Below are positions 1 through 13,279 of a DNA stretch of 64,000 bases, piece after piece. Within the stretch, counting starts at the first letter, position 1. The number at the start of each line of letters is the position of its first letter. The translations under genes and the position numbers were made by a program. Below the pieces are notes generated by a model. The model ran no database searches. It was not told the origin of the DNA and saw only the letters and a program-made list of their open reading frames with translations. Source of the DNA: Paraspadella gotoi (lineage: Eukaryota > Animalia > Chaetognatha); contig CM119270.1 of assembly GCA_051294375.1 (NCBI GenBank), positions 6,813,279 through 6,877,278 on the forward strand, given 5' to 3'.

Positions 1-13
1 AGAGAGAGACGGA

Positions 14-44
<31 letters not shown>

Positions 45-750
45 GCAATGATGTGGGTCCGCTAAGATTACATTTCCAATCACTTAAAAATAAGTTTCAT
101 TTGCGGTATGAAGTACCATAGCCGATGAAATTTTAAATGCTAATGTATACAGCGTTAAAATAATCTATCATGACTAATTTATGGTATTAAAATATTTTTT
201 GTCAAAAATGCTTTCTTCTAAGGTACTCGCTATTAAAAAATATTTAGAAATTGGTACAACCAATATAAAAATTTTTTATTATATATTATACTTACTATAT
301 AGAGCAAAAATATTTTTTAAAATCTTAAAATTTTTTGATGGGATTCTGATAGAGCATAAAAAGTTAAACAGAAATATAATTACACAGCTTTTAAAATTCT
401 ACGTTTTCTAAGTGAAAATATAAAAAAACTGATAAAATCAATCGAAGATGATATGATGATGGATTTGTTATAGTTTTTCTTATTTGACACACTTATCATA
501 AAAATTTTAAAAAAGAATCAATACTTTGTGTAGACAACTTTTATAGCTATCTGATCTGGTCTTAAAATTTAAAAATTCAAAAAAAAAATTTTGGCCTTTC
601 CTATCTAAAATAAATATTAAAAAATTAATTACTAGGGTATAGAGCCATAATTATAAATTTTTTGTCCATTGAAAAGTATTCTAAAAATGTCTAAATTTCG
701 TTTGAGCAATGTACTCACTCTAAATNNNNNNNNNNNNNNNNNNNNNNNNN

Positions 751-787
<37 letters not shown>

Positions 788-1463
788 GCAATGATGTGGG
801 TCCGCTAAGATTACATTTCCAATCAACTTAAAATAAGTTTCATTGCGGTATGAATTACCATAGCCGATGAAATTTTAAATGCTAAGTATACAGCGTTAAA
901 ATAATCTATCATGACTAAGTTTATGGTAATAAAATATTTTTTGTCAAAATGCTTTCTTCTAGGTACTCGCCTAATTAAAAATATTTAATGAAATTGGTAC
1001 AACCAATATAAATTTTATTTATATTATACTTACTATATAAGAGCAAAATATTTTTTAAATCTTAAAATTTTTTGATGGGATTCTGATGAGCATAAACAAG
1101 TTAAACAGAATATAATTAACAGCTTTTAAAATTCTACGGTTTTCTAAGTGAAAATATAAAAAAACTGATAAAATCAATCGAAGATGATGATGATGATGGT
1201 ATTTGTTTATAGTTTTTCTTATTTTGACAACACTTATCATAAAAATTTTAAAAAAGAATCAATACTTTGTGTAGACAACTTTTATGAGCTATCTGATCTG
1301 GTCTTAAAATTTAAAAAATTCAAAAAAAAAATTTTGGCCTTTCCTATCTAAAATAATATAAAAAATTAATTACTAGGGTATAGGCAATTATAAATTTTTT
1401 GTCCATTGAAAAGTATTCTTAAAAATGTCTAAATTTCGTTTGAGCAAATGTATCACTCTAATT
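1..1463 (+). repeat. Direct duplication of ~720 bp (1-725 vs 751-~1463) across a 25-N gap; probable gap-filling redundancy
   Basis: Both copies start (GA)n-GGGAAAAGCAATGATGTGGGTCCGCTAAGATT and end ...AAATTTCGTTTGAGCAA(A)TGTA(C)TCACTCTAA. They differ mainly by scattered 1-nt indels. N run at 726-750. Confidence 0.9.
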
Positions 1464-2014
1464 TTTGGACTCACCCCATTGAGTGCGGCTCCCCCTATGA
1501 AAGTAATCTGGTCTTACCACGTATCATACGCCCGAATACAGAGTTTGAGTGTAATTCCTCTGAAATATCGCGATAAAAAAAGGATACAAGCAAAAAAAAG
1601 AGTTTGACACATGTGATCTGCTACGATAATTATTAATTAATTAATTAATCGATTAATTAATTAATATATTAATATTTAATATGTAATATTAATTTTAATT
1701 TATTTCAACTTATCATCATCGATGTCTTAAAATTGGGTTAGGAACAGCTTATTAAATATGTTTTGTTTACATTTATCAAAAACAAACAATATCCTCTATT
1801 TTATTTTATGTCTCCTTCTTCTCTCTCTCTCACTCACTCTCCTCTCTCTCGTCTTCTCTGTCTCTCTCTCTCTTCTCGTCTCGTCTCTCTCTCTTTTTTC
1901 TGCAATTAGCGACAATTTATGCTTTTCAGATTTTTTAACTTGCATCATTTTTTCAATTAATTATTATTAATTCATTAATTAATTAAAACATTTATTAGTA
2001 ATATTAAAGATTCA

Positions 2015-4260
2015 ACTGTAAATGTGACTTTATGTCTTTTTCCATCTAAACTCATTCCGCGGCACAATTCGTCAATACTTTATATATTATTATATATTAT
2101 AAATATTTAAATGCTTCAGTGCAACAACCCAAATGAACTGAATTTCAAAAAAGTTATAATGGAAAATCATTTACGTAGTAAAGAAAAAAAAATTTAGAAC
2201 TAGAAGCTTATGAAAAAGTGTTCAATTTTGGCCCGCTTACTTAAGATTGTAGGCCTTACTAGATATATTGCATGTGATTAACAAATGTTATCGGAATAAT
2301 AATTTTATAATTTTATGTATTTGGTAAAGTATTTTAAGTATTTTTTATTCAGTGCAGTAAAATAAAAACTTTTTTAATTCGTTTCAATTATCTTCTTGGA
2401 CTCTCTTCTTTCTAATCTTTTCCTCTCTCTTCTCTCTCTCATCTCTCTTCATCTTCTCTCTTTGAAATTGCTGAGACGATCCTTATGCTCATATTTACTG
2501 CTCTCGTCTCTCTCTCTCATCTCTGCTCTCTCTAGTCCTCTCTTCATCTCGTCTCTTCTCTCTCTTGCAATTGACGATCCTTATGCTTTTAGATTTTTTT
2601 AACTTGTATAATTTTTCTGCTTAAGTAATGTGGACTTTTTTTTTTTTCATTTAAACTCAATTTCCACTGGCACAATTCGTCAAAACTTTATAATCTAGCT
2701 TTTTCACACAACCTTTCTACCCGCTCACAAAAGTTTCATCTCAATCTATTATAGGTAAAATAGCAGTAAACAGATTCAAGTAAATGTGACTCATGTATTT
2801 TTTTCATTTAAACTCATTTCCACTCGGTACGTTTCACCGAAACTTTATGATCAAGCATCGATACACATTTTCTACCACACAAAAAATTTGGAATCTCAAT
2901 CTATCCATCCAATTATGATTAATTAGACGTACTTAATTGGTTAAGAATAAGTAAAACAGATTTTAGTAAATGCGACTTATGTTTTTTCCACTTAAACCAT
3001 TTTCCACTACACGATTACCGTCGAAACTTATATCCAGCTTTATGACACACTTTCTACCACACAACAATTTCATTTCATATCAACACAAGCCAATACGAGT
3101 TATTGGAGCTTTTTTGTAAGGTGGGAACGGATGGACGGCTTGATTGACTGATTAATTAATTATTGATTAATTAATTGACTATTGATTAATTAACTGATTA
3201 ATTTTTGATTATTAATACTCCTGCTATACATTAATATAAAAGGAAAAAAGAAGCATAATCATTAGTGAAACAGGTTTTTTGTTTTTCCAATTTAACTCAT
3301 TTCCACTCAAAAAGATCCATCGAAACTTGGTTTCCTGTTCATCACACACGTTTCTACTCACATACAAAATTCCAGGTCAATCGATAATTAAGATGGTATA
3401 AGCTTCTGGTCCAACTTGCATAATTTAATCACTTGCATAATTTGGTCAACTGAATAACTTGGTTAAACTGACATAATTCTGTCTAACTGACATAATTTGG
3501 TCAACTGCACAATATTTGGTCAACTGACATAATTTGATCAAATTAAGGATGAATTTTTGGTCAAAGCCGGCATAATTTGGTTTAACTGGCATAATTTTTC
3601 AACTAGCACTATTTGGGTCAACCAGGCATAATTTGGTCAACTTGCAAAACTTGATTAACTTGCAGAAATTTGGTCAACTGCATAATTGCTCAATTAGCAT
3701 AATTTGGTCAATCAACTCAATAATCATGAGAGAGAGAGAGAGAAACTTTAAAAAATTCAAATAAAATGTGTCCTTTTTGGTTTTCTAATTGAACTCTTTC
3801 CACCTCTACGATTGCTCAAAAAATTTTATCCATAGCTTTAATCACATACTATTTCCTACCCCCCTACACACAAAATTCAATTTTCGATTTATTATCCAAT
3901 TTTTAATAAAGACAGAATAATGTATAGAGTAAATTTAAGTAAAAGATTACGTTCAGTAAATATGACTTTTGTTCTTTTCCAATTTTAACCTATTTCCACA
4001 TCGCATGATTCATCGAAACTTTATATCGGTAATACACCTTTCCTACCATCAATAAAAATTTTCAAGTCAATGCAACTATCCACTCATGGAGGAATTGCGT
4101 TCAAGATAGTGACAATATATTTTTTTTGTTTTTTCCATTTAAACCAATTTCCACTCGCACGATTACCCCTCAGAAACTTCATATACATGCTCAATCACGA
4201 CCGTTTCCTTGAACCACAACACAAAATTTCATACCAATCCATCCATCCAACTCACGGGTA
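2015..4260 (+). repeat. About 8 diverged ~150-200 bp core repeats inside the HINE-like element
   Basis: The motif GTAAATGTGACTT..TTTTTCCATTTAAACTCATTTCCACT..CACGATT..TCGAAACTTTATA..ACACNTTTCTACCACACAAAATTTC recurs at ~2018, 2625, 2780, 2966, 3270, 3765, 3956 and 4110. Confidence 0.8.
3407..3711 (+). repeat. Minisatellite, ~17-18 bp unit (TGGTCAACTGCATAATT), ~17 copies
   Basis: Tandem repetition of ...ATAATTTGGTCAACTG... is directly visible. Confidence 0.9.
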
Positions 4261-4470
4261 AATTGGATTTTTGCTAAGTGGGAGGACGGACGACGGACGG
4301 ACAGACAGACGGGACGGACGGAAATATTTTTTTTTTTGGCATAATTTATAAATAATTCGATGTTCTGACATGAATAAGTGTGTGCCGACAATATGTGAGG
4401 GGGCGGACGAACGGACCGAAAAAGGTGAGTTATAGAGTTCGGGATCTGCTGATAAGCAGATCCGACTAAA

Positions 4471-7400
4471 AGGATAAAGCAAAAAAAAGGAGAAAGACGG
4501 AGTCGCTATTTGCAATATTTGTTTAGAAAGCTAATAGATGAGAGCCATTCATCATTCATGGGGATTAGGAATGGGGCCATACACGTGGAGCTTAGGAGAC
4601 GGAAGGAGGAAGGAAGGGAAGTATAAAGGGGAAGAGGTTCAGGAAAATATAAAAGTACCAATAATTAAAAGGCCATTGTACGGTGTGAGAGAGAACGGAA
4701 ATGGAGCTTAGGTGGGTTAGGTGGGTACCTAAATGAGGAGATATTAGATGGAAACAATAGTATGGTTTAAAAAGTTTTGATTAGTATTTGGTAGTTAAAA
4801 AAATATAAGAGTAGTTCTCCAAAAAATAAATTCATTACTCATCGTACGGATAAATGGGAAAAATGAACTTACAAAATGATGAAATTACATTTTTTTAAAT
4901 AGCGATCAACACACGCTAAGGAAAATAGAGATCTAGGAAAATTCGTCGTAAACTAAAAAAACATAGTTATGTAATTAAGTTTTTAAAAAGTAAGAATGTA
5001 TAGAAAATACGATATAACCAGTTAAATGAAGGTTTTTTTTACGACGAGTTTATGCGGAGTCCAGCAGTAAAAGGCTCATGAGAGAAAGTCTGCGAAGTAC
5101 GATTTCAACGGAAATCCGCGTTATACTTGGTTTTAAAGGATTTATTACGACATAAAAGTTTCACTTAATAATAAAAGCTCGGTCTTGGTTTAAAAACAGA
5201 ATAAGGAAAGCACGCGTGACGACGTTAATCCTTCAGTATTCCTATGTCATGAAACCTATGGTAGACGTTGTGATGAGTTTCGTGACTAAAGTTCCCGAGG
5301 TTTAAGAAAGGAAGAAAGCATTCCTAGTTTAATTCCAACTCAAGTCTCTTATCTATTTGGAACCACACGAGTCAAACATACATGCTCGAACGAACCATTT
5401 CCTTTCAAATAGCTTTGACATATCTTGATTCTCTTTTCTTTCATCTCTTTCACGTCCTCTCCTTTTTCTCTTTTCCCGCCATTACGTCCTTCTCCTTCTC
5501 CTCTCTTTCTTCTTTCTTTCATCTCTTCCCTATCCTCTTCCTCCTTTACTCCTCTCCTCGACGTCTTCTCTTTCCTCCATAAGCTCTCTCTTTCATTTCT
5601 ATCCTTTCTCTCTCCTCTTCTTTCCTTTTTTCGTTTGCTCCTTCTCCCTCCCCTCTCATCACCTCAACTCTTTTCTGTTATCTCTCCCCCTTTCAACCTC
5701 TTTACCTTTTCCCTCTTCTTCCCTTCCTCCCTCTCCTTCCTCCCACTATCTCTCTTTTCTGTTATCTCTTCCCTTCAACCTCTTTCTCTTATCCCTCTTC
5801 CTCCCTTCCTCCCTCTCCCTTCCTCCCCAAACTCTCTCTTTTCTGTTATCTCTTCCGCCTTTCAACCTCTTCTCTTTTCCTCTTCCTCCCATCCCCTCTC
5901 CTTCCTCCCCACAATTCTCTCTTGTCTGTTTATCTCTTCCCCCTTATCAACCTTTTACCTTTTCCCTCTTCCTCCCTTCCTCCTCTCCCTTCCTCCCCAC
6001 AACTCTCTCTTTTCTGTTTCATCTCTTCCCCCTTTTCAACCTCTTTCTCTTTTCCTTTCTCCCTTGTCCTCCCTCTCCTTCTTCCCCAAATCTCTTCTTT
6101 CTGTTATCTTTCCCCCTTTCAACCTCTTTCCCTTTTCCTCTTCCTCCCTTCCTCTCTGCTCCCTTCCTCCCCGACAACTCTTCTTGTCTGTTATCTTTCC
6201 CTTTCAACCTCTTACCTTTTCACTCTTCCTCCCTGTACCTCCCTCCTTCCTCCTCTCGCTCCTCCCAACTACCTCTCTCTTTTCTTTCCCCATTCTGCTC
6301 GAATTGAATTCTTTTTAGTCAGAGGAGAAGCGACTTCATTCAAAAAAACTCTACCTCTGACCTCGATTTGTGATCGTCGCTATTTTCAAAAAAATAGGGC
6401 CGGAGAGACGTAACCGAAAGCGCAGAAAAGGGATCGCTCAATCGCTCCGCTTGAGGGGTAATAGTTTGTAAGTAGACTGACGCCGCCTCCACCTTTTTTT
6501 TTTTTTTTCATTTTCTCTTCCGTGTTTTTGACGCGAAGAAGATTGAAATGTAACGTCGGTTACAGTGCTCGACAACAGTTAAACCGCAGAACAAGCTTTT
6601 AAAATTCCTTCCTCGAGTGTTGTTAATTAGCATCAGATTTTAAGGTGCGCGTAAATAAATTAAAATCAATAACGGTGATGCTTTGTCAGTTCGAATAGAA
6701 GAGAATCTTACACTCTCGCATAAAATTGCGAAAATTCTTTTTTCTTGCGCTCTCTTGGTTTTATGTCAGTTGCAGTTTTTCTAATTAATGTACTTTTAAA
6801 TTAAGAGAGAATTTAGAACAAATAAATGTTCCTGTTTTTGCAACTGTGATATTTTTAGTCGTACATCTTTTCAGAAGGTACGACGGCGTGCAAGAAAAAA
6901 AAAAAAAGGTAAAGTTGCGTCAGAATGATGTGTTTAAAAATAAAAACGAATTTTTAATTCGCGAGGCTTACGAACGAATGTTAATCGAGCTTTCTGTACG
7001 ATATCGACTGACGCAACAGTTTCGTTCAGCTAAAGGACGTAATGTATTTTGCTGCTCTTATTTGCTCCGTCGATTTTATTTTTTTTTTTCATTTTTTTTC
7101 TTTTGTTCATTTTATGACCTTTTTTGTTCTTTTTTTTGCGCTTCAATTCTCATTTCTCTTTTTTCCTCTTGACCTTCGCTCTTTCTTTCTACAGCGTCGT
7201 TTCTTTCTTTTTACTTTCTTTCTTTTTTTCCTTTCCTCGGTTTGTCTTTCTATTGTTCTTTTTTTGCTTGAGAATTTTCAAGCTTTTTTTTCCTTTTTAC
7301 TTTTTTTTTTCGGAGGAGAATAAGTTGAACCTTTTCATTTTCGTTCTTTCGTTTTTCTCCTTCATTTTCTGTTTTAATTCTATTTCTTTTTTTTTTTTAC

Positions 7401-7612
7401 TAAATATTAAGTTTATTTTTTTATAATTTATCTTTACTTCTACTTTTTGCTACAAATCTACAATTGATATTTTGAGTCCGTTTGAAATTAATCCAATAAT
7501 TTATGATCACAATCTACTGAGGAAAACAAAGGTTTACAATTAGTACACGTTTCACTTAGAAACACCAGAAGCCGAGATTCCCTCTCGAAATTCGGAGTAG
7601 ATCGAAACACGC

Positions 7613-7646
<34 letters not shown>

Positions 7647-7661
7647 CTCTCTCTCTCTCGT

Positions 7662-7699
<38 letters not shown>

Positions 7700-7705
7700 G
7701 TCTTC

Positions 7706-7736
<31 letters not shown>

Positions 7737-10700
7737 CTTCAATTGTTGCTCTTTCGCTTCCTCACTTTTTATTCTTTCTTCTTTTATACCTTTGCCTTAT
7801 ATTCATCTCTACTCGTTTTCCTTTCCCCCCCCCCACTCACCATCCCTTCGCCTTTTTCTCCCTCATTCCTTTTTTTTTGTGAACCAAATTTTCGCTGACA
7901 CTTCAGATTTTTTTTCCTTTTATCCTTTTTTATCCTTTTTTTTTCTTCCGCCCATGCTTTCCCTTTGATTCACTCCACGTTTTATCCCAGTGACTCTTCT
8001 ATGTCACTCATCTCTGTGATCTTTTTCTCTTTAAATCGAGGCATCTCCTTCTTCCACCTCGTCATCTTTCAATTAATTTTATTTCATCTAGTTTTTCACG
8101 ATCTTTTTTTGTCGTGATTTTTCACCTTGGCGATTCGCAACAAATCTACTACTTATATATTATTCTACAAAATATTTATTTTTAGCACCGGAACTTCATA
8201 GGGATAATAATTTTACATTATTCCAAAGTTTTCTTTCGACTAAAATATTTTTAATTTGAAATTTCTCTCATTTTCCGCTCGCACAACGCAACGTTCACCA
8301 AGAAATAAGTTCGTTTCTTTCTTTTTTTCAAACACCCACGTTTTTTCTTAATCATTTTTTTTTTTAATTTACAGCAAAATGTAAGAACTACAAAATGCAG
8401 GAGCAGGCCTACCCGAACAGTTTTTTTTTTTTATTTTGTTCATTTTTTCTTGTTTTCATCTCTCGCTTTTGATTAAAAACATTCTCTCTCATTTTCGCTT
8501 GTTTCTATGTTTTCTTTCTTTTTCTATCTTGTTTTCTTTCTTTCTTCTTTCTTTCTTTCTTTCTTTCTTTTTTTTTTTCTTTCTTTCTCTATTCTTTTTT
8601 CTTTTCTTTTCTTTCTCTCATCTCTCTCTCTCTTCTCTCTTCTCTCTTCTCCTCCTTCTTCTCTTCTCTCTTCTCATCTCTCTTCTCTCTGCTTGGTTCC
8701 GCGGTACAAACGTTGCATTAAGGACAAAAAAGACTCTTCCACTAATTGTTCAGTTGTTTACTGTTACAATGTTATAACTTTGTATCTTCACAAAATTAGG
8801 GGGGCCGGGAACGGAAGGATTGGTTAAAAAAATCTCAGTAATAGATAAATATTAGTATTTTGGCATTTTAGCCCAAAAAATTATGTCCATTTTTGTTCCA
8901 TTTTTCTACGACTTTTATGATTTTGAATGCCACAAGAAAGTTCGAGAAAGAAATTTTTTTACTTGGAAATTCCTTTTTCTCATCTTCTTAAAACCTTCTG
9001 GGTAAATTTATTAGCTTAATCATTAATAGTTTTGCTATGAATTAATTTTAATCTGTTTTTTTTTGACTCACCCCATTGAGTGCGGCTACCCCTAATGAAA
9101 GTATCTGTCTTACCACGTATATACCCCGGATACAGAGTTTGAGTTGTAATTCCTCTGAAATAATCCGATAAAAAAAGGATAAAGCAAAAAAAAAAGGATA
9201 AAGCAAAAAAAAAAGGGGGAGAAAGACGGAGTCGGCTATTTGAATATTTGTAGAAAGCTAATAAGATGAGACGCCATTATCATTTCATGGGGATTAGGAA
9301 TGGGCCAACAACGTGGAGCTTAGGAGACCGGAAGGAGGAAGGAAGGGAAGATAAAGGGGAAGAGGTTAGGAAAATATAAAATAAATAATTAAAAGGATTG
9401 GGTGAGAGAGAAGGAATGAGTTAGGTGGTTAGGTGGGTACAAAATGAGAGATTTAGATGAAAATAGATGGTTTAAAAAAGTTTTGATAGTATTTAGGTAG
9501 TTAAAAAAATATAAGAGTAGTGCTCCAAAAAAAAATTATTACTCATTCGGGATAAATGGGAAAAATCAATTAAAAATGATAAATACATTTTTTTAACATA
9601 GCGACGTCAAGAACGAAGGAAAATAGAGATTAGGAAAATTCGTAAATAAAAAAAAATAGTATGTATTAAGTTTTTAAAAAAGTAAGAATGTATGAAAATA
9701 ATAATAAAAAGTTAATGAAGGTTTTTTTACAGAGTTTGACGGATCAGTAAAAGCGTAAATGAGAAAGTTGCTGAAGTAGATTTCAAACCGGAAATCGCGT
9801 TATACTTGGATTTTAAGGATTTTACGAATTCAGTTTCACTTAATAATACAAGACTGCGGTTTAAAAAGATAAGGAAAGACGCTGAGAGTTTTAATCTTAG
9901 ATTCCTAGTGTGAAACTATGAGAGTGTGAGAGTTCGTGACTAAAGTTCCGAGTTTAAGAAAGGAGAAAGATTCCTAGTTAATTCCAACTCAAGTCTCTTA
10001 ACTATTTGGAACCACACGAGTCAAAATAATGTCGAACGAAACCATTTCCCTTTCAAAATAGCTTGACATATCTGACTCTCTTTTTCTTTCATCTCCTTTC
10101 ACGTCCTCTCCTTTTTCTCTTTTCCCCCATTCGTCCCTTCCTCCTTCTCCTCTCTTTCTTTCATCTCCTTCCCATCCCCTCTTCCTCCTTTACTCCCTCT
10201 CCTCACGTCCTCTCTCCTTTCCTCCCCTAAGCTCTCTCTTTCATTTATATCCTTTCCTCTCTCCTCTTCTTTCCTTTTTCCGTCTTGCTCCCTCTCCTCC
10301 CCTCTCATCACCTCAACTCTTTTCTGTTATCTCTTCCCCCTTTCAACCTCTTTACCTTTTCCCTCTTCCTCCCTTCCTCCCTCTCCCTTCCTCCCCACTA
10401 CTCTCTCTTTTCTTTCCCCCATTCTGCTCGAATTGAATTCTTTTTATCAGAGAGAAGCGACTTCATTCAAAAACTCTTAACCTCTGACCTCGATTGTGAC
10501 TGTCGCCTATTTTCAAAAAATAGGCCGGAGAGACGTAACCGAAGCGCAAAGAAAAGGATCGCTCATCGCCCTCCCGCTTGAGGGGTAATAGTTTGAAGTA
10601 GACTGACGCCGCCTCTCATCCTTTTTTTTTTTTTCATTTTCTCTTCCGTGTTTTTGACGCGAAGAAGAATTGAAAATGTAACGTCGGTTACAGTGCTCGA

Positions 10701-12635
10701 CAACAGTTAAACGCAGACAAGCTTTTAAAATTCCTTCCTCGATGTTGTTAATTAGCATCAGATTTTAAGGTGCGCGTAAATAAATTAAAATCAATAACGG
10801 TGATCGCTTGTCAAGTTCGAATAGAAGAGAATCTTACACTCTCGATAAAATTGCGAAAATTCTTTTTTTCTTGCGACTCTCTTGGTTTAGTCAGTTGCAG
10901 TTTCTAATTAATGTACTTTTAAATTAAGAGAGAATTTAAGAACAAATAAATGTTCCTGTTTTGCAACTTGATATCTTTTAGTCGTACATCTTTTCAGAAG
11001 GTACGACGGCGTGCAAGAAAAAGAAAAAAAAGGTAAAGTTGCGTCAGAATGATGTGTTAAAAAATAAAAACGAATTTTTAATTCGCGAGGCTTACGAACG
11101 AATGTTAATCGAGCTTTCTGTACGGATATCGACTGACGCAACAGTTTCGTTCAGCTCAAGGACGTAATGTATTTTGCTGCTCTTATTGCCTCCCGTCGAT
11201 TTATTTTTTTTTTCTTTTTTTTTCTTTTGTTCATTTTATGACTTTTTTGTCTTTTTTCGCCTTCAATTCTCATTTCTCTTTTTCCTCTTGACCTTCGCTC
11301 TTTCTTCTCAGCGTCGTTTCCTTTCTTTTTACTTTCTTTTCCTTTTTTTTCCTTTCCTCGGTTGTCTTTCTATTGTTCTTTTTTTTTTGCTTGAGAAATT
11401 TTCAAGCTTTTTTTTCCTTTTTACTTTTTTTTTCGAGGAGAATAAAGTTGACCTTTTCATTTTCGTTCCTTTCGTTTTCTCCTTCATTTTCTGTTTTAAA
11501 TTTCTATTTCTTTTTTTTTTTTTACTTTTTAAGTTTATTTTTTTATAACTTTATCTTTACTTCTACTTTTGCTACAAATCTACAATTGATATTTTGAGTC
11601 GTTTGAATTTAATCCAATAATTTATGATCACAATTACTGAGGAAAACAAACGGTTACAATTAGTACACGTTTCACTTAGAAACAACAGAAGCCGAGATTC
11701 CCTCTCGAAATTCGGGTAGATCGAAACACGCCCATCTCTCTCTCNNNNNNNNNNNNNNNNNNNNNNNNNNNNNNNNNNNNNNNNNNNNNNNNNNNNNNNN
11801 NNNNNNNNNNNNNNNNNNNNNNNNNNNNNNNNNNNNNNNNNNNNNNNNNNNNNNNNNNNNNNNNNNNNNNNNNNNNNNNNNNNNNNNNNNNNNNNNNNNN
11901 NNNNNNNNNNNNNNNNNNNNNNNNNNNNNNNNNNNNNNNNNNNNNNNNNNNNNNNNNNNNNNNNNNNNNNCTCCTCATTCCTTTTTTTTGTGAACCAAAT
12001 TTTCGCTGACACTTCAGATTTTTTTTCCTTTTATCCTTTTTTATCCTTTTTTTTTCTTCGCCCATGCCTTTCCCTTTGATTCCACTCCACGTTTATCCCA
12101 GTGACTCTTCTATGTACTCATCTCTGTGATCTTTTCTCTCTTTAAATCGAGCAATCTCACTTCTCTCCACCCTCGTCATCTTTCAAATTCATTTTCATCT
12201 AGTTTTCACGATCTTTTTTGTCGTGATTTTTCACCCTTGGCGATTCGCAACAAATATATACTTATATTATTTTCTACAAAATATTTATAATTTTAGCACC
12301 AACTTCATAGGGAACATAATCTTTACATTATTCCAAAGTTTTCTTTCGACCTAAAAAAAATATTTTTAATTTGAAATTTCTCTCATTTTCCGCTCGCACA
12401 ACGCAACGTTCAGCCAAGAAATAATTTCGTTTCTTTTTTTTTCAAACCACCCACGTTTTTTTCTTAATCATTTTTTTTTTTAATTTACAGCAAAATGTAA
12501 GAACTACAACATCAGGAGCAGCTACCACAGTTTTTTTTTTTATTTTGTTCATTTTTCTTGTTTCAATCTCGCTTTGATTAAAAAATTCTCATTTTCGCTT
12601 TTTTCTATGTTTCTTTCTTTCTTTCTATCTTGTTT

Positions 12636-12667
<32 letters not shown>
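4471..12667 (+). repeat. Large direct duplication: 4471-~8580 (plus 1465-1600) vs 9061-~12667
   Basis: Colinear matches throughout: AGAAAGACGGAGTCG(G)CTATTTG (4491/9220), CATTCTGCTCGAATTGAATTC (6291/10420), GCCGAGATTCCCTCTCGAAATTCGG (7571/11691), CGCTCGCACAACGCAACGTTCA (8276/12391) and GACTCACCCCATTGAGTGCGGCT (1468/9065). Confidence 0.92.
5664..6290 (+). repeat. Pyrimidine-rich minisatellite, ~85 bp unit, ~7 copies
   Basis: TTTTCTGTTATCTCTTCCCC..TTTCAACCTCTTT recurs at ~5671, 5756, 5839, 5923, 6010, 6097 and 6183. The duplicate has only one unit, at ~10320-10405. Confidence 0.85.
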
Positions 12668-13154
12668 NNNNNNNNNNNNNNNNNNNNNNNNNNNNNNNNN
12701 NNNNNNNNNNNNNNNNNNNNNNNNNNNNNNNNNNNNNNNNNNNNNNNNNNNNNNNNNNNNNNNNNNNNNNNNNNNNNNNNNNNNNNNNNNNNNNNNNNNN
12801 NNNNNNNNNNNNNNNNNNNNNNNNNNNNNNNNNNNNNNNNNNNNNNNNNNNNNNNNNNNNNNNGTTTTCCCTCTTTTTTTATTTTCCTTTTCTCTTTCTT
12901 TTTCCTCGCCTTGGTTTTTAAAAGCTTCATCTTCAGCTACTCTCCCATAGATAATCCGTTCACAACTCAAGTTCTTACTCACTATTTATTTATTCCTCTC
13001 CATAGGACGCCACCACTCACTCACCCCTTCAACAAATCACCAACCCCTTCCACCCCCCTCCACCCTTCCACCTCCACCCTCACGGTTGCTCCGGCTTTTC
13101 GCTCCTCATCAGAAAGTCGAGTCACGCTGCGGCCGAATTCCAGCAAAGGGTCCC

Positions 13155-13209
<55 letters not shown>

Positions 13210-13279
13210 ACCACATTAATACCGTCGCTTACCATTTAATCGTATGCCGCTTCCTCCGTCGGGCGAAACATTCGTCGTC

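Larger units (their letters stand above)
1601..4470 (-). mobile_element. Non-autonomous Helentron/DINE-1-like (HINE) rolling-circle element
   Basis: Terminal palindrome GGATCTGCT-gata-AGCAGATCC at 4442-4463, with a matching subterminal GATCTGCT at the other end (1615-1622). (GACG/GACA)n microsatellite at ~4285-4321. About 8 diverged internal core repeats. It sits in an A run, and the whole segment is absent from the paralogous site at 9176-9213. Confidence 0.7.

Noticed and set aside
5425-6413. 297-aa and 163-aa ORFs
   Set aside because: They are translations of the pyrimidine minisatellite, and the duplicate copy lacks most of the units.
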